DNA from: Eledone cirrhosa
Lineage: Eukaryota
Assembly: GCA_964016885.1 (NCBI GenBank)
Contig: OZ024740.1
Location: forward strand, 58,528,001-58,592,000
Length of the DNA stretch: 64,000 nucleotides
Direction of reading: 5' to 3'
Shown here: positions 51,340-64,000 of the stretch, one piece after another
Position numbering within the stretch: the first letter of the stretch is position 1
Layout: the number at the start of each line of letters is the position of its first letter
Notes under the pieces: generated by a model
Database searches by the model: none
What the model was told of the DNA's origin: nothing
What the model saw: only the letters and a program-made list of their open reading frames with translations
Position numbers and translations under genes: made by a program

Positions 51340-51989
51340 ATACGTAATGATTTTTTTACCAATTTTGAACCCTTTTGAAGGCTATGTTAATTCAAAACAC
51401 ATAAAAAACAAGAGAAACAATAAATTTCACCTTTAAAGTGAAACCAGTGTAATATTCACTTCCAAAGTAAAACTGGTGTTATATTCACTCCAAAGAAAAA
51501 ATATTTTAGCACCTCATTTATCTAGTATTTGAAGTTGGTGAAAATCGACAAAATGTTGACCTTGAATATAAGCTGATCTCTCATCTTTCCATAAATTTTT
51601 TCTCACATATTTCTTGGCTTATATATGAGTATATATGGTATGTGTCACAATGATTAATGTAAAATTTAACATTCTAAACACATAAAACTTTCATAATTTT
51701 TCAAGAATACTCAATTCTAACTCGATTTGTCATTCACTAATGCCAGAAAGCTTTTTGTTTCATATTTCGTGACTACAAGTAACAAGAAGAATGTTCCTTC
51801 TAGCATATGAAACAAAATCATGAAACTTTTTTCAATGAAATTTTTAAACAACTGGCCAAAATTATTAATCTACCCTTTTCAAGTAAACATTTTCTACTAG
51901 TTAAAAAATAGATAAATTCCAAGTTTCAACAACGACTATAAATTGGAATTCAGCAACTATAGATTTATCTGTTATTTACTATTTATTTT

Positions 51990-52195
51990 TAATTTAGGCA
52001 CATGGCCAGCAAATCTGGAGTAAGAGCATAGTTGATTAAATCAACTTCAATATATGACTGGTACTTTAGTTTATTAAACCTGAAAAGGCAAAGTTGACAT
52101 TGGCATGATTTGAACTCAGAATGTAAAGAACTAGAAAAAATACCACAATAGCATTTCAACCGATGCTCTACCAATTCTGCCAATCCACCACCCTT
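51990..52195 (-). mobile_element. Meta/Nin-type tRNA SINE (diverged)
   Basis: Homologous to 892-1081. Confidence 0.75.
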
Positions 52196-53469
52196 TTACA
52201 TTACATTGTAGATTTTCTTGAAGTTTCAATGTCTAAATTATATGCAGTTTGAATTATGTCATCCCCATTTGATAATACATACTCTAATTAACATCGTTGA
52301 AAACATTAACACAATTCTTGACAGGTCAGTATGTATATGTGTTAAGAAATTACAGAAATACTAATTCAATACTATTGTTTACAATAGTAAGTTTAACATT
52401 TACGAATCAAATATTTTGTATGGACTCTTAAAAAAAGGCTCTTTTTTCAATTATGATTCAACTAGACTTTTGTACTAGCTTCTGTCTATTCTGAGATCCC
52501 ACACACAGATAAATATACACCCTCATACATGATAATACAGCCAATTGCCACTTTTAGTCATTCTTCATCTGATAACTTGTGTCTGTTTGGCTAGGGCCTA
52601 TTTATACCCAAATCACCTAACTATAATTCTATTGGCTTCAACACTTTCTACAAAGATTTTACCTGAGAATTAACTAATCAGTTAAAGTAGCTGTTTAGTA
52701 ACTTTGTCACCACTATGATTCATCAAATTCGAACCACTACTGCTGGTAATCATATCAAAGTCCACAATTTTCACATGTTATAAACCTTTGTTATACACAC
52801 CTATTCTTTAACTTTTTCTGTGTGGAATTTTACAGACAACTTTCTTGGACATGATCAACAAACATGTTCTATCACACTGTCTCAAACATATTACAAATTA
52901 TTTTTCTGTCTTGTGAAATGTAAGAACAATTTCCCAAATGGTAAACAAGACATTTTTCTTCATGTCAAAATATCAAACATTGAATAATTTTCTTAATATT
53001 GAAATTTTGGATAGTAGACAATTTCACTTGCAATGGTAATATTGAATATTGGACAGGTTTTCTTCCCACACTTGAACAGAGAAAACACATTTAGTAACTT
53101 TTTCCATGCTTTCTAGCTGTATTTGAGTTAACTGTTTTACTGGTTTTAAATGCTATAAATTTATGAGATTTATTTTCTGGGATCTGACATTGTTCCCCTG
53201 TCTGATTCATGTAATTAAACCTTGTTGTTTTTGGAATGAATCTTAGTCTCCTTTCTTCCTTGTCATCACCTACTCAAATATCACAAAATCAATTTACCCT
53301 GAACCATTATCAACTTTATCTTTCATCCTTCTGAGTTTGATAAAATAAAGTGCCATTTAAGTACTGGGGTTAATATAATTGATTTCCCTTTGTGCTATTG
53401 TTAGTATGAATTATTACTATGACTACCTAGAATGAAGGATTGGAAGAATTATTTGTTTGAATCATGCCA

Positions 53470-53597
53470 AGGTCCACTTTATCTTTCACCTTTCTGGAGT
53501 CAATAAAATTAAGTACCAGTCAAGTACTGGGGTCAATATAATCGATTTCCCCACCCTTACACATTGCTAACCTTGTGCCTAACTTAGAAACGATTAT
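53470..53597 (+). mobile_element. SINE fragment (another at ~53310-53385)
   Basis: CTTTCACCTTTCTGGAGTCAATAAAATTAAGTACCAGT core. Confidence 0.65.
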
Positions 53598-56377
53598 TAA
53601 TATGACTACCCAAATATCTAGAGTTCTTCCTATATTCTGGTACCTCTCTGAAATGGTACTAATGCACATAAACATGATAGGTCTCAGAGGTTTGCAGACA
53701 TGAATAATAGCCCCCAAAAGGAAAAGGAAAGAAGAAAAATCAAAAAGAGAACTAAGCAATGAAGAAAAGGGAGGAAGGGACAGACTCTACATCCCAGTCT
53801 AAGTGGTAGACAGAATGATGAGGGCATTGTCACAGAGATTGGCCAGCAACGCCCATTACAATAGCTATCCTGTTTCATGGGGCTCCTTCTTCAGGTGGGC
53901 TGCTGTCCTTCTGATTTTATGAAGGAAATCAGTAGTGCATGGACCAAGGATATCAGATGTCTTGATGGCAACTAGTATGAAAAGCAACTGGTATGAAAAG
54001 GAAGTGGTTGGACAAGCACCAGTATTTGTTTATTAAAATGTCTTAGTACTTTTGGTCTATATTTTTTTAAGTAAATGAATTTACATTCAAAGTAGCAGTT
54101 ATAGTGTTCTGTTAACGCCATGATATGTTGCAGTATATGATAAAATTAGTTCTCCCCCATGGTCATTTTCCTACACAAGCATAATGTTCAAGGAACATGG
54201 ATTTATGAACAAAGATACGTTTCTCTACAGGCAATGATTGATGATATTTTTCATTTGAAGATCATTCAATACTCGGTTTTCTATTAGTGAATACTGCTTG
54301 TTTTCTTCTCCACATAGCAATTCTATATTCTATGTATTGTGAATCCTACTGAAAAAAAAGACACTGTAAAGCATCAGTAAATCTCTTCTCTTTTCATACT
54401 GGAAAAATATCAATATTGAATTTTTAAAAAAAAGTTCTATTTTTTTAAAGGTCATGTTGATGATGATGATGATGATGATGATGACAAAAAATAACTTAAC
54501 CAGGTTCCTGGAAAATAAAAATGCATTTGTTAGTTTTGCTTTGATCCCCATATTCATATTTACATCTTCATTTTAGTAATATCAGTTTCAAAGATAATTG
54601 TAATTCAAATGTCAGTTAATATGTTTTTAGTTTATGATTGAAATCGTTTTTATAGAATGTTACTGTAACTCAAAACATTCAAATAATTTGTTTGATGTTC
54701 AACAGATTTGTAAATCTCTGTTGCTGTTTTGCAACCCAAGTCCTTTTGCAAATATTACATCTTACATTACATCATTTGAGATTGTACTGCTAACATAGCA
54801 ATAATTTCAGTATTCAGAATTTACAAATTCATGTAATCTAGGAAGATCCTGGTTGTAAATTTCCTTAGGATTGTTTAAAAGTATATGTCACTTTAGTTGC
54901 TACAAACAAAATTATTGCCTTTCTATGAGAGCTTGATAATAACTGATATACAGATATATGTGTGTGTAGCAGTTATCTACACTCTCTGTTTAACCTTATT
55001 TTTCTTTCTTTTTATTACCATTGTTACTGTACTGGTCATTGTCGAGACCTCAGGTGTACTTGGACCCCGAACCGCTGAGCTCCTCCACAAGATCGGAATG
55101 TCAGAGATATATAGTTAACAATATGATGTTAGAACTCATGAAATGAAGTTCATAAAGGATTGAGATGAGGTGCTTACATGTGAGCTAATCATTGCTGAAT
55201 GATATGAGCTAATCTAAAAATAGTGTTAGTCTTAGAGGTTCTCCTAAATTGGATAGTGCATTATTAGGCCACACATTTTCTCCAATATATGTGATGTTAA
55301 CGACCTTCAGATTAATGATATTTAGGCAATGGTGAATGGTCTGTTGAGGCTTGAGAAAAATAAAATATCTGTTGATTGTATGAAAAGTGAATAGTAAAAT
55401 TGTTTGAGCATGAAAGTTATCAATCACTGCATTCAGAAGAGGGGGTTGCACTGGACATGTGATGTGAATATATCTGTAAGAGGGTGTTGTAGTTTGTTTG
55501 ATGCTTTGTGTAACATGTAGAAAATTGAGTTTTTTTTAAGATTGCCACAATGTGAATTGGATGGTAAATGTTAAAATATGATAACAAAGATGTTAGAATG
55601 GTACTTTTCAGCTCTTTATAGGTCCTTATATTTTGGGATGATATTCCTTATTAAAAGATTAATAGCCCCAAACTAGTTTCGTCCATTAATTCTTTGAGGA
55701 AGGAATTTTATCTGCAAAGTATGATCCCAACATCATTGCTATCACAATATTTTTAACATCCACTGTCCAATTCACAACATGGTAGCCTTCAAACAAAGCA
55801 CCATTTTATATATCTAAATATGTGTCAAATGAAAGTATATAAAAATGTCTGATGCATGCTGGGCCTCTCTGATGGGACAGCACAGGATTGAGAGAAGTGC
55901 CAATATGCAATACTAAGTTCATTCAATCCTTGACTACAGTAAAAAAAAAATTAATGTTTAAAAGATAATGATGAGATTTGCAGTAGTAATAAAAATGATG
56001 ACATCACTTGATCAATTGAAATGGACTGTTTCCTATCTAAAACCATTTTAGTTTTGTATGGTAACTGAGTTATGCAAGTTTTCAGACAAGATCTACAGTT
56101 CAAACCATCATGAATAGAAAGATATTTGAATTGTCGGTTATATACAATTATAATAATTGTTTAATGCATTCTATATGGATTTAGACCAATACTACCTTTT
56201 GTTGTATTCTATTAAGCATACACTTGCTATAATGAAATTATTAAGATAAAAATATTATAAACATAATATCTAGATAATACTAAGCTAAACAATCTTAGTT
56301 TGGGGCAGATTCTTTCTAAGATGTACATGTATGCATGAAAGAATCAGAAAGTTAAAGCTAAGTTTTACTAATATAAT

Positions 56378-56581
56378 AGTTTCTAATCTAGGCACAAGAC
56401 CAATTTTGGAGTGGGGAATGTCAATCACATCAACTCTAGTACTTGACTGGTATTTTATTTTATTGATACTGGAAGGATGAAAGGAAAAGTTGGTCTTGAC
56501 CAGACTTATATCAGAACATAAAGGGCAATGCTGCAAAGCATTTAATCTGATGCTCTAAGGATTCTACCAAACCACTGCCCA
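56378..56581 (-). mobile_element. Meta/Nin-type tRNA SINE (diverged)
   Basis: Homologous to 892-1081. Confidence 0.7.
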
Positions 56582-58367
56582 AATTTATACTAATGTCTAA
56601 TGTACACATGCACACAGATGCTATCATCATCATCATCAGCAACAGCATCGCCTTTTAATGTCCATTTTTCCACACTAGCATGGGTTAGACGAGTTGTCCC
56701 ATTGTGAGACAAGTCATATCAGATGACCATATCTTGCTCAAACAGAATTATTTCTGGCTTGGTTTCTGTGGCTGGATGTTCTTCCTAACATCATATACAT
56801 GATAAAGTTATATCTTTATAAATACAGAAGAGATGTAACCAAGACTGCATAAATATTCATATAAATTTACACATTGTAAATAGTCATTTAAACATGCCTA
56901 TTATTAACAAATTCCATGATGATTAAGATAACATTAACACATTATTGTGTTAAATATCTAAATGATTGAATTGAGTTGTTTTCAATATGATTATCATTTC
57001 AGTCAATTAATCTCTAGTGATAAAACATTTTTTTATGTTTATATTAACACTGCATTTCATCAATCTGTTTGATTTCCAATCATAATCAGATGTCTTATCC
57101 CTGGGTATGTACATAGTACTAGACTAAATTAAAACTAGGGACCATTATTTCTATGCTAAGTAACAACAATCTCATTCACTTAGCTATGTACAATTAATGT
57201 TGCATTTTTAGGTTATTTAAATGTATCCTTCAGTTAAGGCAGCTGTATTGATCTGCTGCCAGCACTGGGGTTTACCAATTGGGGTTTAGCAAGCATTATA
57301 TGTACGACTGCTTTGATGTTTCTAACTTTCTACTGATTCTATATCAATTATAGAAAATTCATTCAGTAGTAGTATATGATTTCCTTTCTTCAACCATATA
57401 TGTGCAGCCATCCTGACCTAGATGCTTCTCCTCTCATTAAGGTTTTCCAGCATTTTTCTATTCTGACCTTAATGTAAATAGATGTAAATGTAGTGTAGAT
57501 GTAAATATTGCAATATATTTTATCTCTGAAAATGAAATTAATAGTCTGAAAAATTACAGTCTTATTATAATAGAGGTTTTTCATTATGTTGCTCTTTCAT
57601 CTTAAATTAGAAATATGATAACAAGGTATGATAGTTTAAGAAGGAAAATTAAAAGCAAAATTTTAAATAAAAGAATTTTTATATCTACTTAGTAAATCAG
57701 AATTTCTCACACATATGAATGTGTATCCAATCAGTGGTGTCTTCTCAATTCTGTATTTGTTCAAGCTGTGCTACAATCATATTAAAGTTTGAAAATTTGT
57801 TAGAAGATACACAAAGATATTATCAAGTATATGTAGAAGATGGGTTAGATTTAAAGTGCTTGATGGTAGATGGTAAACTAAGTTGTGGTGGCAACTGGAG
57901 GCTGGTGAACATCAAGAATATGTGGTTCTTTGAACCTGGTTAGATCAATTATGAGAACTATCATTAAATTTGTAGACAAGATGAAAACTGCTGCCACGAG
58001 GAGCCCAGTGTTATCTACAACAAAGTGATTCATTCATAAAGAAAGTGTTTGGGGAAAATGAAAGATATATATTTATTATATAGTGGATAAGCAAATGTAT
58101 TGCAACATACCATTCAGTATCTTTTGTCACAAAGTAGTACAACGTAACTTGAAATTAGATACCCTTAGATCTTAAACACGGTTTATGATCAGTTAATATA
58201 ATATTCACTGTGTTCTCACTGTTTGTCCATTGCCCTTGGAATATATATATATATATTAGAAGTCCAATGAGCTTTTGATTCCAGAGTTGGGCCAGATCGA
58301 TACTGATCGAGCTGATCAATAACAAAACGCACATCACTAACCATAATGAAGACATAATAAATCATCC

Positions 58368-58369
<2 letters not shown>

Positions 58370-58441
<72 letters not shown>

Positions 58442-58453
58442 ATATTATATATA

Positions 58454-58548
<95 letters not shown>

Positions 58549-58629
58549 TATATATATATAATATATATATATAATATAATATATATATATATATATAATA
58601 TATATATATATATATAATATATATATATA

Positions 58630-58672
<43 letters not shown>

Positions 58673-58724
58673 TATATATATATAATATATATATATATAT
58701 ATAATATATATATATAATATATAT

Positions 58725-58769
<45 letters not shown>

Positions 58770-58789
58770 TATATATATATAATATATAT

Positions 58790-58832
<43 letters not shown>

Positions 58833-58843
58833 TATATATATAT

Positions 58844-58878
<35 letters not shown>

Positions 58879-58886
58879 ATATATAT

Positions 58887-58918
<32 letters not shown>

Positions 58919-58920
58919 AT

Positions 58921-58957
<37 letters not shown>
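58370..58957. repeat. Long (TA)n tract with TAA interruptions
   Basis: Direct reading. Confidence 0.97.
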
Positions 58958-58962
<5 letters not shown>

Positions 58963-59151
58963 AACCAGTAAGATCCCGACAGCTGAGCTCAAGCCGTTTC
59001 GACGGCTAATTCTGGACTAGAATTAGCCGTTGAAACGGCTTGAGCTCAGCTGTCGGGGTCTTACTGGTTCCTATTACCCACTCTACTACCTCAAGTATTG
59101 AGTACTTTGGTGCGTTATGGTCCACCTGGTTCCTTACCACATTTCCTTCGT
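58958..59151 (+). mobile_element. 117-bp fold-back + 77-nt tail (PLE terminal fragment with 3' half of an HHR)
   Basis: Palindrome 58958-59074; GAAAC-GGCT-tgagctc-AGCT-GTC stem III; tail ACTCTA..GAGTACTT. Confidence 0.65.
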
Positions 59152-59160
59152 TATATATAT

Positions 59161-59727
<567 letters not shown>

Positions 59728-59744
59728 TAATTATATATATATAT

Positions 59745-60059
59745 ATGGAGGCACATGGCTTAGTGGTTAGAGCATTGACCTTGCACTCGAAAGGTTGTCA
59801 GTTCAATTCTCAGACCGGGTGATGTGTTGTTTCCTTGAGCAAGATATTTTATTTCACATTGCTCCAGTTTACTCAGCTGTAGAAATGCAAAGTGGTCATG
59901 GAGGTGCCACAGAAAAAAAGCACCCACCACTCACTGTAAATGAGGTTGGTGTTAGGAAGGGCATCCAGCTGTAGAAATCAAGCCAGAATCAGTTCCTGTC
60001 CCACCCTTGCAAGCAAGGAAAAGCGGACGTAAAATGATGATGATGATGATGATGATGAT
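59745..60059 (+). mobile_element. CORE-type SINE with RTE tail (lacks the internal GATAGGG hairpin)
   Basis: Reverse complement of 59203-59538 with a ~35-bp internal deletion. Confidence 0.92.
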
Positions 60060-60078
60060 ATATATATATATATATATT

Positions 60079-60430
60079 AGGTATAAATCGAAGTTGTGAC
60101 TGCCATATAGCAGTTACTATTCAAGTTGTCTGAGGCCATCACAAAGCACTCAGTGGAGCAAGAAGTACCTAATCATCCAGAGTAAACAAAGCAGTTAAAA
60201 AGTGTGACCAAGAGAAACAACCAAAGGCAGTGGCCCAACATATACCACAACAACAATAAATACAGAAAGGTTGAAAACTAACCTGGACTGTTTCAAGTTG
60301 ATTAGAATCCATATAATCAATAAAAATCTCTAATAGGTTTCTAGGACCCCTGGAAGTTACATACATATATCCCAGGGGATAACCCACACTCAAATTGTAA
60401 GTCGAAATTTTGACTCCTTTTTATTATAGT
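60079..60430 (-). mobile_element. Old PLE-like terminal fragment
   Basis: Minus strand has a CCCCTGG/CCAGGGG stem followed by GAAAC (decayed HHR), and ACTCTG..GAGTGCTT ~65 nt before the TA tract. Confidence 0.4.
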
Positions 60431-61003
60431 TCAATTTATTTATTAATTGTTTACAATTATGTCTTTGCTTCCTATGTGGAAGTCCCTGGGTGAGTGTTTC
60501 ATGGCCTGTTTCATTTTTTCAATTTGAATACATGCCAACGAGTCCTCTATGATTAGTCAGAACTGGCTTACCTCACCTTGGTGTCAAGTCACGTGACACT
60601 GAAGGCTGAGTTTACTACTGCACTGGCCAAGGTACATTGGAACAGTGTGTTGATAGCTGACTTGTTCCAGAGGGTCTAATTCCCCACTGATGACACAATG
60701 ACACAACTCTTAGCCACTTATGTAATGTTTACTAACATTACCTAATTTCTGTGCATGGTAATTCCATTTGGACTGTTGCTAACAGATGGAGTCACAGAAA
60801 CTAATGCATAGGTCCAAGACCAGAATATCAAATTTTCTACTCACACAAAATCGTTTTTCTCACTATTTAACATGTAAGTGTCCAATTTAATTTCCTTGGG
60901 CTGGTGTCTTAAATTGAGGGTATGGGAAAATGACCAAAAATGTATCGGTCCTATTTGAGAGCTTTGTTTCAGTATTATATACATATATATAATATATATA
61001 TAT

Positions 61004-61184
61004 AAGGCAGTATCAGTAGAGGGTCGGAGGCCATACTTTGATGCATAGAGTTATGACCTTGCCATTCTGAGTTCAAATCCCGCTGAGGTTAATTTTGCCT
61101 TTTATCCTTACAGGGTCGATAAAATAAAGTACCAGTAATACACTGGGTAATTTGCTGGCCTTGTGCCAAAAGTAGAAACAATTA
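61004..61184 (+). mobile_element. Meta/Nin-type tRNA SINE
   Basis: GGCAGTATCAGTAGAGGG..GAGTTCAAATCCC..GATAAAATAAAGTACCAG. Confidence 0.85.
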
Positions 61185-61546
61185 TATATATATATATATC
61201 ATCATCATCATCATCATTTCATTTTGATGATGATGATGATGATGATATATATATATATATAATTGTATATATATATATATCATCATCATCATTTAACGTT
61301 CATCTTCATGGGTTAAACAAGTTGTCCATTGTGAGACAAGTCAGATTAAGTGACCATGTTTTGCTCATACAGAACTGTTTCTGGCTTAGTTTCTATGGCT
61401 GAATGCCAACCACATTTACAGCGTGGACTGGGTGCTTTTTATCATGGCCCCAACATGACCAACTGACAGGTTGGACTTATTTATAACATATTTATAAAGT
61501 TTATTAGTGAATTCCGTGACAAGATGCACAAACACATATACATGCA

Positions 61547-61827
61547 TGTGGAGGTACATGGCCTAGTGGTAAGGGTGTTGGACTTACTATCATAATGCCA
61601 TGGGTTCGATTCCTGAGCTGGGTTGCGTGTTGTGTTCTTGAGCAAAACACTTCATTTCACATTGCTTAGCTGAAAATGAGTACCAGCAATAGCTGGGAGT
61701 TTAAACCTGTGATGGACTGGCGTCCTGTCCAGGGTGGAATTTTGTACTTTCAGTCACTTCATGCCATGAAACTGGGATAAGCACTGCCTAATGAGCCTTC
61801 TGGCTTAAGACAGACTTTAGACTTTTA
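61547..61827 (+). mobile_element. CORE-type tRNA SINE with different 3' tail
   Basis: A-box TGGCCTAGTGG, B-box GGTTCGATTCC, TTCTTGAGCAAAACACTT and (GACTTTA)n-like end. Confidence 0.8.
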
Positions 61828-61833
61828 GATATA

Positions 61834-63436
61834 CAGTGCTCTGCAAAAGTTTACAACACATTAGGAAAAATGCAGTTTTAGGTATTTTTAATAAAGTTAG
61901 GGTAATGAAAATTTAACTACCGATAGAACATATAATGAGGCATTTAATGATACAATCATAGTTTTAAAAAAATAACAAGGAAATAACTCATGAAGAAAAA
62001 TCAATATTTTTATAACGCAAAAGTTTACAACACATTTATTAAATCATCTCTTAATATTTCGTAGCGTAACCTTTGTTGCTAATTACAGCCTGTAGGGCAT
62101 TTGGAGTAGCCTCCTACAAACTTCTTGCATGTTTCTTGGCTAATATTTATCCATTCTTCACAACAAATTTTCTTTAGTTCAGGGATATTTTGGGGTTTCC
62201 TTTTTTGATATCTCTCCACAAATTTTCGATCGGGTTAAGATCTGAAGACTGACATGGTCATTTTAGAACATTTATTCCATTCGTACTTAACCAAGATTGT
62301 GTTAGCTTTGCAGTATGCTTTGGATTGTTATCGTGTTGAAAAAACCAACCTGGCTTTAAGCTGAGAGAATGTGCACTTTGATGTAAATTCCTTTGGAAAA
62401 TACTTCTATAATAAGTGCCACCCATTCTTCCTTCTATTATTTCAATATTTCCTACTCCTGTGGCACTAAAGCAACCCCAGACCCTGATTGATCCACCTCC
62501 AAATTTTACAGTTGGAATAGTATTCTTCAGCGAATATTCAGTACCTTTCTTTCTCCAAACTTTTGCCACAGCATTTCGACCAAAATGTTCAATTTTTGTT
62601 TCGTCTGACCAAAGTACACTTCCCAAAATGACGCAGGTTTGATGAGATGCTCATTTGCAAAGTTTAATCGATGAAGAATGTGTTTCCTCGTAAGAAGTGG
62701 TGTTTTCCTCGGAGACCTCGAGAAGATATTATATCGACAAAGTGAACGACTAATTGTATCTGTGCTCACTTTTACTCCACTTTCTTCTAGGTCATCCTGA
62801 AGATTTTTAAGAGTACACCGGGGTTCGTTGCCAACCTTTCTCGTCCATAACCGAGCTGCACATTCCGTTATCTTTCTAGGACAACCAGAACTAATTAGAG
62901 GACAGATGGAATGATGAGATTTCCAGTGACAAATTATTGTACCAACTGAACTCAATGGCACATTTAACTGACAAGATATCTTTCTATAACCAACACCATT
63001 TGTATGAAGGTCTACAATGAGTTTACAGAGGTCTTGATCAATCAGTTTATTTTTCCCCATATTGTCCATGTTTACAGGACGGTTGTCAATGTTTACAGGA
63101 TGGTTGTCAGACAAATAATGATGTAATGTTTTTAATAGTCCTTAGAAGTTACCTTAAACCTAATCTAGAACATTCTACTGAATTTTAAATCTGAAAATTT
63201 AAGAATTTTCTTGATAAAAAGCGATAAATATAAAATGTGTTGTAAACTTTTGCGTTGTAAAAATATTGATTTTTCTTCATGTGTTATTTCCTTGTTATTT
63301 TTTAAAAAATATGATTGTATCATTAAATGCCTCATTATATGTTCTATCAGTAGTTAAATTTTCATTACCCTAACTTTATTAAAAATACCTAAAACTGCAT
63401 TTTTCCTAATGTGTTGTAAACTTTTGCGGGGCACTG
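61834..63436 (-). mobile_element. Tc1-family DNA transposon, IR/DR type, ~203-bp TIRs
   Basis: TA TSD; CAGTG termini; GCAAAAGTTTACAACACATT at both the outer and inner end of each TIR. Confidence 0.95.
62051..63062 (-). pseudogene. Tc1 DD34E transposase, frameshifted and with stops
   Basis: Paired-like HTH N-terminus (GCPRK), WSDETK, KFGGGSIRVWGCF, FQHDNNPKH, SDLNPIENLW. Confidence 0.92.
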
Positions 63437-63476
63437 TATATATGAATGTACATATTGTATATTTAATAATATACAA

Positions 63477-64000
63477 TCATCATCATCATCATCGTTTAAC
63501 GTCCATCTTCCACGCTTGCATGGGTTTGGACGGGAGTGTTCCCACTTGAGGCAATAGTGGTTGTCTTGCTCGCATAGGACTGTCTGGCGGGTTTTCTACG
63601 GCTGGATGCCCTTCCTAATACCAACCACGTTTACAGTGTGGACTGGGAGGTTTTTACCGTGTTACCTACACGGCCACATTACAGCGTGGACTGTGTGTTT
63701 TTTTGTCGTGACACCTACGCGACCTTAGTTGTTTCGGGCTGGATGTTGTGGTACCAACATAACTTTACATTGGAAGGGGTGGTGTGGATGGGGTGGGGAT
63801 AGTGGGACGAGGATGTATTTTTGTTAGAGGTGCCTACTGACTGTAGTAGATTTCACTTTGTACTTAGGTAAGGCGGGTCTTCTGTATTACTGTGTAGCGC
63901 CAAAGATCTCCATCCAGTGACATTGTCTTGGAGAGGTGTAAGTGTGTGAGGTCGAAATTTATCAAGTCGTCCCAGGTTTTTCTGGGTCTGCCCACTCCGT
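63477..64000 (-). mobile_element. RTE family B 3' end (runs off window)
   Basis: Matches 22109-22620. Confidence 0.92.

Noticed and set aside
61547-61625. tRNA gene
   Set aside because: A and B boxes are present but continue into CORE-SINE body; no complete cloverleaf.

Overview
This is AT-rich eukaryotic non-genic DNA. The TE repertoire (PHD-finger RTE LINEs, CORE/Meta-type tRNA SINEs, very long TA tracts) suggests an octopus or other cephalopod, which is an inference. No host gene could be supported. About 12.2-46 kb is a dense nested transposon cluster in which almost every junction is a (TA)n tract. It holds one intact-ORF RTE LINE (APE-RT with a PHD-like Zn finger) preceded by 2.5 tandem ~392-bp monomers, many truncated RTE copies, an RTE-X-like LINE with a twin-priming-type 5' inversion, several Penelope-like (GIY-YIG) elements and a deleted DD37D maT transposon. 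Further along are a solo-LTR-like insert, a 50-bp satellite amplified from the LINE 3' UTR, SINEs and an IR/DR Tc1 element. The most striking unannotated signal is a set of hammerhead-ribozyme (HHR)-bearing non-coding elements. (i) A 707-nt monomer has a terminal direct repeat starting exactly at the predicted HHR cleavage site, like a retrozyme or circRNA template. (ii) Three sequence-unrelated fold-back elements have inversions ending 4-5 nt before a shared ACTCYA...GAGTRCTT hairpin, followed by a ~80-nt tail. All RNA structures were folded by eye and coordinates may be off by a few nt.
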